A DNA stretch of 64,000 nt, from contig JAYEID010000013.1 of NCBI GenBank assembly GCA_034659915.1, forward strand, positions 74,917-138,916, given 5' to 3'. Under the pieces are notes generated by a model that was given only the letters and a program-made list of their open reading frames with translations, had not been told where the DNA came from and made no database searches. Shown in pieces: positions 17,301-25,486 of this stretch (the first letter of the stretch is position 1; each line of letters opens with the position of its first letter). The position numbers and the translations under genes were made by a program. The DNA comes from Patescibacteria group bacterium (GTDB lineage: Bacteria; Patescibacteriota; WWE3; JAUXAW01; JAYEID01).

Positions 17301-19977
17301 CTTTGATATGACCTGGGATAGCGGCAACAGCCGTTTTGAAGGGACAATTTATCCAGGCTCTTATTATTGCAACGGTTGTGCTGATCCAAATACCGGAACT
17401 TTTACGGTTACTGTTCAGATCGATGACGATTCCGGGTTTGGGTCAATTAATGACTCAGACAGTACGGGTAGTTTTGATACTTATATTACCCGCCGGAAAA
17501 GTTCTTTGGACACCTCTGAAAACTATACCGATATCAAACCGGTTTGGAACACCGACCATTGGGATATTGAGGTGGCTGACTTTGCCCTTTATTGCTCTTC
17601 CAGCCAAACCAATGCGGTTATTGCCGTCCCTTTTCATCCCACTACAGCTAGTATTTCTAACATTGCTGTTAGCTATGATGGTACAGCTGTGTCCCAGGGT
17701 AGTGCGGAATCAACCACTGACGCTTGGTGGTGGGACAGCGATTACCACACCTTGTTTTTAATGTTTGGTTCCTGCAGCACGACCATTGTGGATGTGGACA
17801 TTAGCTTTGATTCGGATACGGATCTTTGGGCAACGCGGTTCGACCGGGTGCAAACAGCTGACATGGGCAACCGCGAATTTTATAACGGTCTTTTTATTGG
17901 TAACCAATACTGGACAACCAGCGTGTATGGCGGCGGTCACGAAGGCGCCGGTGAGCAGGCGGAATCGCGGGCAAAACCCAGCGGGGGAGATGAGTTAACT
18001 GTTGATTGTATGGAACGTGTGGGTGTTTGGGCTGACGATGACGGGGACCCCAACACCATCGATGACCTGAACTGCGACGACTCCGGTTATTATGAATGTA
18101 ACGTTAAGTGGGCGCAGGACGAGTGGGATGATTGGCCCCTTTCGGAAGATAACGATTCGATTGTGGTGGAAACCAACGAGGACCAGACCGCAAGCACCGG
18201 TTGGCGGCAGTATTTGGATAATTCTATTAGTGTTGAACGGATCCTAACTTTTTATTCCGGCAAAATATATATTGAAAACAATTACACTATAACCAATAAC
18301 GATTCCAGTGCACATGATCTCGACCTTGTTCATGAAAGAGAACAATGGCTTGCTGGAGACTGCGCTATAAACGATAGAGGTCGTTATTATAGTGATACTT
18401 CGGATCGAACTATGGACACGAGGGTAGATATGTCTACGTTTTCTAATCCTTGGCTGACGAGTTACGACAATTACGACACCGGTTATTATGCAAGCATGGG
18501 ATTTATTTTTGAGGAAGGTGCGGAAGCGGATTACGGTATTTTTACTGACCATGCCTTTATTACTAACACTTCGGCTGAGTGGCCGGTGGTAATTGGTTCA
18601 GAAGGGCACACTGAGGCAGCTAATACCGGTTTTGAATTAAGTAACAATTCTGTTGCGGCAGGGAACAGTGTGGTTTTAAATTATTGGCAAACCCTGTATA
18701 TAGGCAGTTCTTGGGATGATGTTGCGTCTGCCTTGGATGATGCTTGTGCAGAGCTTAATGATGCTAACACCGCACCCAACAGCCCCACTTCTCTGACGCA
18801 AAAGAAGACCGACGACACAGTTCTTTCCACGGGCGACTGGACCAACGAATCTTCGGTAAAATTCACGGCAACTGTGGATGACCCCGACGATTCGGACACA
18901 CTCTACCTCTGTGTAGAAAAAGACCCCACCGGCACTGCTTTTTCTGATACCGAAGATCAGTGCGGGGAGGGGGTTTCCTACTCCGGAACAGCGGTGGAAG
19001 CAACTGTTACTATTTCTTCGCAGACCGACGATACTGAGTATCACTGGCAGGCACGGGTTAAGGACGAAGCGGGAGAATATTCATCCTGGGTTTCTTACGG
19101 GGGGAACGCGGATCCTAGTGATACAGATTACGCTATTGACACCACAGCCCCCACCGGAGGGACAGTTTACGACGGAACGGAGGCGGGGGTGGATAAGGAT
19201 TTTAACGATGAATCTCTTTCCCAGCTTTCTGCCAACTGGAGCGGGTTTGATGCTAGTGTATCCGGTTTGGATTATTACGAATATTCAATTGGTACTACCC
19301 AAGGAGGAATCGATGTTGTGGGCTGGACCAATAACGGCACATCAACTTCGGTAACTGAACAAGATTTAACTTTGCAAACCTCACAACCTTATTACTTTAA
19401 TGTGCGGGCAGTGGATAATGCAGGCAGTACCCAGTCTCCCGCAATTTCCTCCGACGGCCAGCTGGTGAGTCCCAGTATTTCTTTTAGCGTTAGCCCTTCT
19501 ACAGTTTCCTTTGATGCTTTGAACGCTTCCAACAGTTATACCGATACGGAAACCGTTACTTTGGAAACTTCCACCAACGCCTATAATGGTTATGTTGTTC
19601 GTGGTTTTGCCACCGATTATTTGCGTTCCGCTTCCGGCAACGAGACAGTTCCCGATTTTGACGGGGGAACTTACGAGGAGCCGGACGGCTGGCTTACTAG
19701 TGACCGCGGGTTTGGTTACCATTCTTCGGATGAATCTATTCAAGGAAGTAATATTTTTAATAGCGACCCTTGCCCCGGTGGCAACAGCCCGCCCTGTTAT
19801 GCGCCTTTTTCCCAAACGGCTCCCGGTGATATTGTTGCCGACCACACCGCCAATGTTACCGGCAGTCCTATTTCCAGCGAACAGTTTACGCTTACCTATA
19901 AGGTGAAAACCGACAGTATCCAGGCTTCGTCAACTTACATTACAACTATTATTTACACTATAACTGCTCAGTATTAA
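14350..19977 (+). CDS. giant (1875 aa) membrane-anchored Ser/Thr/Asp-rich cell-surface protein
   Basis: Several N-terminal TM helices, a Ser/Thr/Pro/Glu-rich linker (aa 180-240) and a long beta-rich, low-Cys extracellular region. The last roughly 160 aa (SISFSVSPSTVSFDA...SSTYITTIIYTITAQY) are homologous to the C-terminus of the 21149-22186 protein. Confidence 0.7.
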   Translation: MVNPVRDSSSIEKISQWIDIFLLFVLVIANLLFPLFGLSAHLVSLVRLLFLLSLVLFFIFVRLPLLFVESVVGMLRSHKDRKKIWRSRKNFLIKNLVFILVFLFVLDSVGANSLHGVIGRELLGRKGDRGGAADNGGEAYGLVRSSEKEMFVLRAKRKDFKSEEDVTFKVSFTDALPSAPEENEASGSSSQPSSATTSATPETDSPSSVDQSGSEEPTTQDSTPEGTESATPEATISAQPSNQGLLGKVLALLEKYNIFGSVKAQSKEPDIDVKIFDVEGEETHFPISVEADESGNFEIEVSKGRAFRPGKYELKVTLVDPESGEELDSIEQDFTWGVLAVNTNKSIYLPREKAKLQMAVLDEEGMMECNAKLRLEIQNPKSEIQNLSTEEGSITVNPECKLHDFTLVPDYEAEYQVADSGVYEMKLTAETENGTYTITDSFEVRNEVPFDVERETATRIYPPESYPVTFSIKVNQDFTGVIEERVPASFEVECPPLFDVDSGTRSNSCQIKEKDGVKTISWSVSWAEGQRTTLYYRFKTPLISPQFYLLGPLTFRSLGEGGPSTTVFEKSEDELAPTSFEEARRWQLAIDDTEGANSPSSAAEDTSVGGYSWSGYTNVYSSNDSYAEVTLGKGYISYYIKATGFGFSLSNCESIDGIYVEVERKSNDAADMEDNSVRLVNGSGTIVGDDKAIAGDWPTSDTYQGYGGSTDTWNASLTCSDVTNSNFGVVFSAQNTVSTKPRDITASVDHIRVTVYYTAAPALEQSHYRWRDDSYGLNTDNGWQANEDNEYNGLPTNTTARLRMEIDNTGDAEASSYQYQLEYAAQSGDTCGGESYTAVPVTASTEPFEMVTSSQYTDGDAITSGFLTGSGTWADGEGVADPSNKTASHSLAYGDYTEFEYAIQATSDAGSGQTYCFRLTNDGSIENFTYTRYAEATIQGVSGSLGKSADGWAGAIPVYMDVIGYDSSYYARAKVDTPAAETYYFDMTWDSGNSRFEGTIYPGSYYCNGCADPNTGTFTVTVQIDDDSGFGSINDSDSTGSFDTYITRRKSSLDTSENYTDIKPVWNTDHWDIEVADFALYCSSSQTNAVIAVPFHPTTASISNIAVSYDGTAVSQGSAESTTDAWWWDSDYHTLFLMFGSCSTTIVDVDISFDSDTDLWATRFDRVQTADMGNREFYNGLFIGNQYWTTSVYGGGHEGAGEQAESRAKPSGGDELTVDCMERVGVWADDDGDPNTIDDLNCDDSGYYECNVKWAQDEWDDWPLSEDNDSIVVETNEDQTASTGWRQYLDNSISVERILTFYSGKIYIENNYTITNNDSSAHDLDLVHEREQWLAGDCAINDRGRYYSDTSDRTMDTRVDMSTFSNPWLTSYDNYDTGYYASMGFIFEEGAEADYGIFTDHAFITNTSAEWPVVIGSEGHTEAANTGFELSNNSVAAGNSVVLNYWQTLYIGSSWDDVASALDDACAELNDANTAPNSPTSLTQKKTDDTVLSTGDWTNESSVKFTATVDDPDDSDTLYLCVEKDPTGTAFSDTEDQCGEGVSYSGTAVEATVTISSQTDDTEYHWQARVKDEAGEYSSWVSYGGNADPSDTDYAIDTTAPTGGTVYDGTEAGVDKDFNDESLSQLSANWSGFDASVSGLDYYEYSIGTTQGGIDVVGWTNNGTSTSVTEQDLTLQTSQPYYFNVRAVDNAGSTQSPAISSDGQLVSPSISFSVSPSTVSFDALNASNSYTDTETVTLETSTNAYNGYVVRGFATDYLRSASGNETVPDFDGGTYEEPDGWLTSDRGFGYHSSDESIQGSNIFNSDPCPGGNSPPCYAPFSQTAPGDIVADHTANVTGSPISSEQFTLTYKVKTDSIQASSTYITTIIYTITAQY

Positions 19978-19994
19978 AATAGTGCCAAATTAAA

Positions 19995-21095
19995 ATGAAA
20001 AATTTGCTCATTTCCAAAAATAAAAACAAAGCTAAAAAGTTAAAGAGATTAGGTATTTGCGCTGGGTTTTTGTTAGTTTTGGTAGTTTTCTTTTTTTCGG
20101 GTTCCGTTTTGCAGGTGGGGGCGGCTGATGGTGCAGAGGAAACAACTGCTTCTGCGGGGGCTTCGGGAAATATGCCTCTTATGCAGTTAGAAAGTGCTGA
20201 GCCGGAAAAAGCAGCTTTGGGTGTTTCCCCGGTAATTATTGAACTTATTTTGGAACGGGGTCGAAGCACAGAAAAGAAAATAACTGTTTTTAACATAACC
20301 AACTTCCCCCTACCTGTTAAGGGAAACACGGAGAGCTTTTTTGTGTTGGAAGATGTGGAACCGGGTGCCGAAGAAATTTTTGATGTTTCTTCTTGGGTAA
20401 GTATTGAACCCGCAGATTTCATTCTCCAACCCCGTGAGCACAAAGAGGTTAAAATATCAATTGATGTTCCCCCGGAAGCCGAGCCGGGAGGGCATTATGC
20501 TTCTATTTATTTTCAACCGCTGATTCCGGTGGAAGTTCTTTCCCCGCAGACCGCTTTTCTGACTGCGCGGGTAGGTACTTTAGGGTTCTTTGTGGTTCAA
20601 GGTGAAATTGTGGAGAAAGCGGAGCTGGGTGAATTGGAGGTAAGAACGCTTCAGCAGTTTGGACCTGTAGATTTTAAGTTCCCGATTAGAAATGCGGGAA
20701 ATGTGCATCTTTTGCCTGCGGGGGAAGTGATAATAACTGGTTTTTTGGGGAATGAAAAAGAAAAACTAGAGATATCTCCCAGCGCAATTTTGCCGCAGAC
20801 AACCAAGGAAATAACTGCTCAGTGGGATAAGAAATATCTTTTTGGTAAGTTTTCTGTAGAGGTAAATATTTCTTACGGGAGCGAGAATAAAAAATTGGTG
20901 GCCGGACCGGTAGATTTTTGGGTTGTCCCTTGGCTCTCACTCTTAATTGGGGGCAGCTTGTTGACAGCTGTCTTGGTTTTCTGCATAATGTTTAGGAGAC
21001 GGGTGGGTTTGGCGCTGACTGCGCTTTTCAACCCGGAAAAACTTAGTGAAAAGGAACGGAGGGGAATTAACCTTCTCCCGCGTAAGGATAATTAA
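19995..21095 (+). CDS. membrane-anchored surface protein, paralogue A (possibly DUF916/DUF3324-like)
   Basis: Signal/TM at N-terminus, blocks VSPVIIEL, VSSWVSIEP, EPGGHYASIYFQP, RNAGNVHLLPAGEV, C-terminal TM (WLSLLIGGSLLTAVLVFCIMF) followed by RRR; paralogous to 22389-23318. Confidence 0.6.
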   Translation: MKNLLISKNKNKAKKLKRLGICAGFLLVLVVFFFSGSVLQVGAADGAEETTASAGASGNMPLMQLESAEPEKAALGVSPVIIELILERGRSTEKKITVFNITNFPLPVKGNTESFFVLEDVEPGAEEIFDVSSWVSIEPADFILQPREHKEVKISIDVPPEAEPGGHYASIYFQPLIPVEVLSPQTAFLTARVGTLGFFVVQGEIVEKAELGELEVRTLQQFGPVDFKFPIRNAGNVHLLPAGEVIITGFLGNEKEKLEISPSAILPQTTKEITAQWDKKYLFGKFSVEVNISYGSENKKLVAGPVDFWVVPWLSLLIGGSLLTAVLVFCIMFRRRVGLALTALFNPEKLSEKERRGINLLPRKDN

Positions 21096-21148
21096 TTTTA
21101 GAAATTACCCAATTTTTGAAAAGGGGGTGAAACAGAATAAGTAACAAT

Positions 21149-22186
21149 ATGCAATTTGCACGCAAATTTAAGAAACTCTTGCCTATTTTTATACTAGGAG
21201 GATTATTAGCGTGGATGAGAGTAAGCACGGTTCATGCGGCAACGCTGACCGGAGGTTCGGTAAGCTTGAGCGATTCCCGCCCGGATCAAACTAGCGTGGA
21301 ATATGATTCCGAGTGGAGTAATGTAACCCAATCAAACATTAAATGTATTAAGATCCAGTTTAATACTGCTGCTGACGGAAGTGGGAGTGTTCCTTTGACT
21401 TCTACTGGTGGTACTGTGGATACCACTAATACGGATTATGTTGACGTAAGTACGTGGACCACTGATTTCACAACTAACGGTACGGTTACAATAACAGACT
21501 CAACGGGTGCCGCACCGACCAGTTCCTCTAACCTGACAATTGCTTTGGACGGAATTACCAACGGTTCCACTGCGGATACCGGTTATTATTATATCCTTAA
21601 CACCTATGACAATACGGATTGTTCCACGAGTCCTGTGGACGAAGGTACAGTAACCTTTATCTATACCGAGGGGCAGTCTGTATCTATGACTGTGGACCCG
21701 TCCATTAGTTTCTCCCTTGCTTCTGTGGGGTCGGGTGTATTAGTGAACGGGGCAACTACTACTGAGGCTAGCACTACAACTACCATTCCTTTGGGAACGG
21801 TTACAGATACCACCAATGGAATTACAGCGCACGACCTTACGGTAAGCACCAATGCGGAAAACGGTTACACGGTTTACGCCCGCTATACCGGTCAGCTGAC
21901 TTACAGCACGGCTACAATTGACGATCATACGGGAGATCATACTACGCCTACGGAAATGTCTGTGGGGACTGAGGCGTTTGGTTACACTACCGAAGATACT
22001 GACCTTTCTCAGTTTCAGCCAAACAAGTGGGCTGGGTTTACCAGTACTAATGCTTCAGTGGCCACCAATACGACGGCGGCTTCCAGTGAAACAACCCGTA
22101 TCGGTTACCAAGCGGGAATTAGCAGCACAACGGAGGCGGGGACTTACACAACTACTGTTATCTTGACTTGCACGCCCACCTACTAA
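21149..22186 (+). CDS. secreted Thr-rich beta-strand protein sharing the giant protein's C-terminal domain (SCPU/WxL-like fold guess)
   Basis: Signal peptide MQFARKFKKLLPIFILGGLLAWMRVSTVHA; residues about 185-345 (PSISFSLASVG...NAENGYTVYARYTGQL...AGTYTTTVILTCTPTY) align block-by-block with the giant protein's C-terminus. Confidence 0.6.
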   Translation: MQFARKFKKLLPIFILGGLLAWMRVSTVHAATLTGGSVSLSDSRPDQTSVEYDSEWSNVTQSNIKCIKIQFNTAADGSGSVPLTSTGGTVDTTNTDYVDVSTWTTDFTTNGTVTITDSTGAAPTSSSNLTIALDGITNGSTADTGYYYILNTYDNTDCSTSPVDEGTVTFIYTEGQSVSMTVDPSISFSLASVGSGVLVNGATTTEASTTTTIPLGTVTDTTNGITAHDLTVSTNAENGYTVYARYTGQLTYSTATIDDHTGDHTTPTEMSVGTEAFGYTTEDTDLSQFQPNKWAGFTSTNASVATNTTAASSETTRIGYQAGISSTTEAGTYTTTVILTCTPTY

Positions 22187-22388
22187 AAACGCTCGTTGGA
22201 GAGTTTTTAGAGGTGGCGGCAAGTTGGGGGGTGGGGGCTTTGTTGTTTATTTGAATTGCCGGTAGGCACCAAAGCGGCGCCCCACAAGCAGGCTTGTGAC
22301 TTCCTGCGAAGGGCGGGGGTGTTTTAGAGGCACCCCTTTGTTCCTTGCCTTGAATAATAAAGCTTGAATTAATTTTTTGATTTGTGTT

Positions 22389-23318
22389 ATGAAACTTAAA
22401 CTGGTTACAATTGTAATTTTTTCTTTCTTCTTGTTTTTCCCTTTCCAAAGAGCGCGGGCGCAGGAAATGGTTACTCTTAGTGTTTCGCCGCCGGTTTTTG
22501 AGCTTACAGCTAATCCGGGGGATACGCTCAAGAATGTGATTCGGGTGAGTAACCCCCACGAGGAGCCGCTTAAAGTTTCGGTGGATACCCGCAATTTTGT
22601 GGCGGTGGGTGAGGTTGGCTCGGTGGGGCTTACGGAGGAAGAAACGCCCTATTCTTTAGCTTCCTGGATAAGTGTAACCCCTACTCAGGTTGAAATCCCC
22701 GGCGAATCCAGCTGGTATTTTAATGTTGAAACAAATGTTCCCTTGAACGCAGAACCCGGCGGTCATTTTGGTTCCGTGGTTTTTAAAACAGGCGGCGGCG
22801 CTGTCCAGCAGACCGGTGCTGCAGTTACTCAGGAGTTGGGTTCTTTGTTTTTGCTGAGGGTTTCGGGAAAGGTAACTGAAGACGGTCGGGTGGAAAGCTT
22901 TTCAGCAGAGAAAAAGTTTTGGGAATACGGTCCTATCCGGTTTGATCTGCGGGTGGAGAACAACGGCAATGTGCATATCAAACCGCAGGGGAAAATAGCA
23001 ATTACTAACATGTTAGGAAAAGAGGTGGCTGAGGTGGATGTTAAGCCGCAAAATGTTTTACCTGATGCGGTCCGCAAGTTTTCACCAACCTGGGAAAAAG
23101 AAATTCTTTTTGGAAAATACACAGCAACCGCATCTCTGGTTTACGGCAGTGATAGCGAGGTTTTAAATGCAACTACGAGTTTCTATGCTTTCCCCTACAA
23201 AGTAGGGGGTGCGGTTTTGGCTGGCCTAATTGTTATTGGCTTTTTGCTCTACCGTGGTCGAAGAAGAATAGCCTTAGCCCTACGGATACTGTTTGGGAAA
23301 CATGAAGACAAGGCCTAA
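22389..23318 (+). CDS. membrane-anchored surface protein, paralogue B
   Basis: Blocks VSPPVFELTANPGD, LASWISVTP, EPGGHFGSVVFKT, ENNGNVHIKPQGKI, C-terminal TM then RGRRR; ATG 22389 (ORF track opens at TTG 22377). Confidence 0.6.
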   Translation: MKLKLVTIVIFSFFLFFPFQRARAQEMVTLSVSPPVFELTANPGDTLKNVIRVSNPHEEPLKVSVDTRNFVAVGEVGSVGLTEEETPYSLASWISVTPTQVEIPGESSWYFNVETNVPLNAEPGGHFGSVVFKTGGGAVQQTGAAVTQELGSLFLLRVSGKVTEDGRVESFSAEKKFWEYGPIRFDLRVENNGNVHIKPQGKIAITNMLGKEVAEVDVKPQNVLPDAVRKFSPTWEKEILFGKYTATASLVYGSDSEVLNATTSFYAFPYKVGGAVLAGLIVIGFLLYRGRRRIALALRILFGKHEDKA

Positions 23319-23333
23319 TATGAAAAAAAGATT

Positions 23334-24392
23334 ATGGAAGAACTTTATAGCTTACAGAGAATTTCTCCCTCCTTCTTAGGTACAACTAAGATTGTTCTCT
23401 TTAATATCCTCTTTGTTTTTTTGTTCTTTTTAATCTCTCTTGCTTCTCCAAAACTTGTCTGTGCAGGAACAGAATTGAATGTTACTATGCAGGTTCACGA
23501 TACAACCTTTATTGTTACAGGCAGGACTAGTCCTAATGCTAAGGTAACAGTGCTGGAAGACAATTCTGTAATTGGTACTACCCTTGCGGGCGGTGATGGT
23601 AGCTTTTCCAAAGAATTTCCGGCGCAGGATACTGGCGTTCATAACTACGGTTTTTATTCTACTGATAGCGAAGGTAGAGATACCTCCACTATTAATTACT
23701 CGGTTTCTTTGTTTTCTCATACGGTGACCACACTTTCTAATCTAATCTTGCCCCCCACCTATGAACTTAGCGCTACAGAAATTACTGCCGACGAAGACCT
23801 TCTGGTGGAAGGTTCGGCAGTGCCCAGTTCCCAAGTTGTTTTGTATTTTTCCAAGGCTGGAAGTTCGGAAATTTCCTCGCATACTGTGAAGGCTGGGAGT
23901 ACTGGAAGGTGGGAATATTCTCTGGGTTTGGATTCTTTGGGCGAAGGAACATACGAAATTTATGGTCAAGTAACAACTGTTGATGGTTATCAAAGCGATG
24001 CGGGCAGCGTGCTTGGTTTCGAAGTTACGGCTCCTCCCGAAGAGGAGGAGGAGGAAGAAGAGCTAGTTTCTCCGCCTGTCTCGGTTGAGGAAGAAGTAGC
24101 GCCATCTCCCACTTTAGTTGAGGAAGAAGAGGAGGAAGGTCCAAAGCTTCCTGATTTTATGAGTGTTTTTGATCCAGATGGAGACGGCAGGATTAGCAAA
24201 AGCGAAGTTTTTGATGCAGTAAAGTCTTGGGTTCACAGTTGGCGAGATTATTTGTCTGATTTAGTTGCTGATGAACAATTGCAAGAGCCTCCGTTGGAGA
24301 AGAGAACGTGTGATTTGAATAATGATGGAAAATGTAACTTGCGTGACTTTTCTATACTACTGTACTATATAGAAAGAGAGGAGGGTGGGTAA
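23334..24392 (+). CDS. secreted protein with Ig-like region, poly-Glu linkers and C-terminal EF-hand/dockerin-like Ca-binding pair
   Basis: N-terminal hydrophobic signal; EEEEEEEE and EEEEEEG acidic tracts; the C-terminal loops DPDGDGRISKSE (canonical DxDxDGxIxxxE) and DLNNDGKCNLRD, each followed by a helix-forming segment, are spaced as in the two segments of a dockerin. Confidence 0.6.
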   Translation: MEELYSLQRISPSFLGTTKIVLFNILFVFLFFLISLASPKLVCAGTELNVTMQVHDTTFIVTGRTSPNAKVTVLEDNSVIGTTLAGGDGSFSKEFPAQDTGVHNYGFYSTDSEGRDTSTINYSVSLFSHTVTTLSNLILPPTYELSATEITADEDLLVEGSAVPSSQVVLYFSKAGSSEISSHTVKAGSTGRWEYSLGLDSLGEGTYEIYGQVTTVDGYQSDAGSVLGFEVTAPPEEEEEEEELVSPPVSVEEEVAPSPTLVEEEEEEGPKLPDFMSVFDPDGDGRISKSEVFDAVKSWVHSWRDYLSDLVADEQLQEPPLEKRTCDLNNDGKCNLRDFSILLYYIEREEGG

Positions 24393-24408
24393 TACTGCCA
24401 GATTCATT

Positions 24409-25452
24409 ATGGAAAAGAAAGATTCACAAACACAACTAACCGTTACGCTTGTATTAGTTGGTTTTTTCAAAGTAATACTTTTGGGTATAGTTTCTTGGTT
24501 GTTGTTGCATTTCTTTGCTTTGGTGGGGTTTTTTGTTGCCTTGTCATTGCCTTTGTGGTGGTTGTTCTTCCCACGCCGTATCCCTTGTATTGGCTGTCAG
24601 ACCAGAGAAGAAGGTGAGTATTGTCCTCTTTGCGGTAAGGAGGTGCGGGAGGGTTCTCCACGTTCGTTTCGGAGTATGGCTGCCCATATGGGTATTTTCC
24701 TCCTCTTATTTCTTGTTTCCCTTGGTGTTATTTATGCTGAACGAGAGATATTGGAAGGGTTGGATATTTCCTTAACGCCAAAGACAGCAACTTTTGAGAT
24801 CCCTCCCCGCGCGCAGTACCGTTTGGGAGAGATTTTTCCAATGAGGATTACACTTACAGGTATTAAACGTTCTATCAATGCAGTTCAGGCTGATTTTAGC
24901 TTTGACCCCCGCCGGTTGGAGCTAGTTGAAATTTCTACTAGGGAATCTTTTGCCTCTGTTTTTATTCAGAAGGAAATTGATAATAAGACAGGTTATGGTC
25001 GTTTAGCTGGGGGTGTTCCCAGTCCGGGCTTTTCTCAGGAAAGAGGTGTTTTTGGTACTGTTTATTTTCGTGGCAAGACTCCCGGCTTGGCTGATGTTGA
25101 GTTTTTACCTTCTTCTATGATTTTAGCTAATGACGGGCGGGGTACTAATGTTTTAAAAGGGTTGGCATCTTCCCATTACCTTGTCCTTCCTGAAGAAGTT
25201 TTGGATACAGAACGTGAACTTCAAGAATCGGCACTGATCCTCGAAGTTTTGGGTACTGAGGAGGAACGTAAAGAACAGATGCTCTTTTTTGAGCCGGGCG
25301 AAAAGGTTTTGGGAGGGGATGTGGAAGAAGATCAGATTACGCCGAGCCGGACATTTGGTTTGGGACGGAGCTTGCTTAGGGTTTTGAATAGGTTTAATAG
25401 ACTTGTTATTAATTTTTGGCGCGAAATGTTTGCCTTCGTATTTTCTAGTTAG
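24409..25452 (+). CDS. polytopic membrane protein with cytoplasmic zinc ribbon and extracellular cohesin-like domain
   Basis: Two TM helices, CIGCQTREEGEYCPLCGK zinc ribbon, a third TM, then INAVQADFSFDPRRLELVEI...GVFGTVYFRGKTPGLADVEFLPSSMILANDGRGTNVL, which matches the cohesin beta-sandwich pattern. Start at ATG 24409 or GTG 24385. Confidence 0.55.
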   Translation: MEKKDSQTQLTVTLVLVGFFKVILLGIVSWLLLHFFALVGFFVALSLPLWWLFFPRRIPCIGCQTREEGEYCPLCGKEVREGSPRSFRSMAAHMGIFLLLFLVSLGVIYAEREILEGLDISLTPKTATFEIPPRAQYRLGEIFPMRITLTGIKRSINAVQADFSFDPRRLELVEISTRESFASVFIQKEIDNKTGYGRLAGGVPSPGFSQERGVFGTVYFRGKTPGLADVEFLPSSMILANDGRGTNVLKGLASSHYLVLPEEVLDTERELQESALILEVLGTEEERKEQMLFFEPGEKVLGGDVEEDQITPSRTFGLGRSLLRVLNRFNRLVINFWREMFAFVFSS

Positions 25453-25486
25453 TCGTTTCTTGCTCCGGGTTTTTTGGGAATAAAAG

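Noticed and set aside
21149-22186. Assigning the 345-aa secreted protein to the WxL family
   Set aside because: No W-x-L motifs are present. Only the general C-terminal beta-strand pattern and the gene-neighbourhood analogy hold, so this is kept as a hypothesis only.
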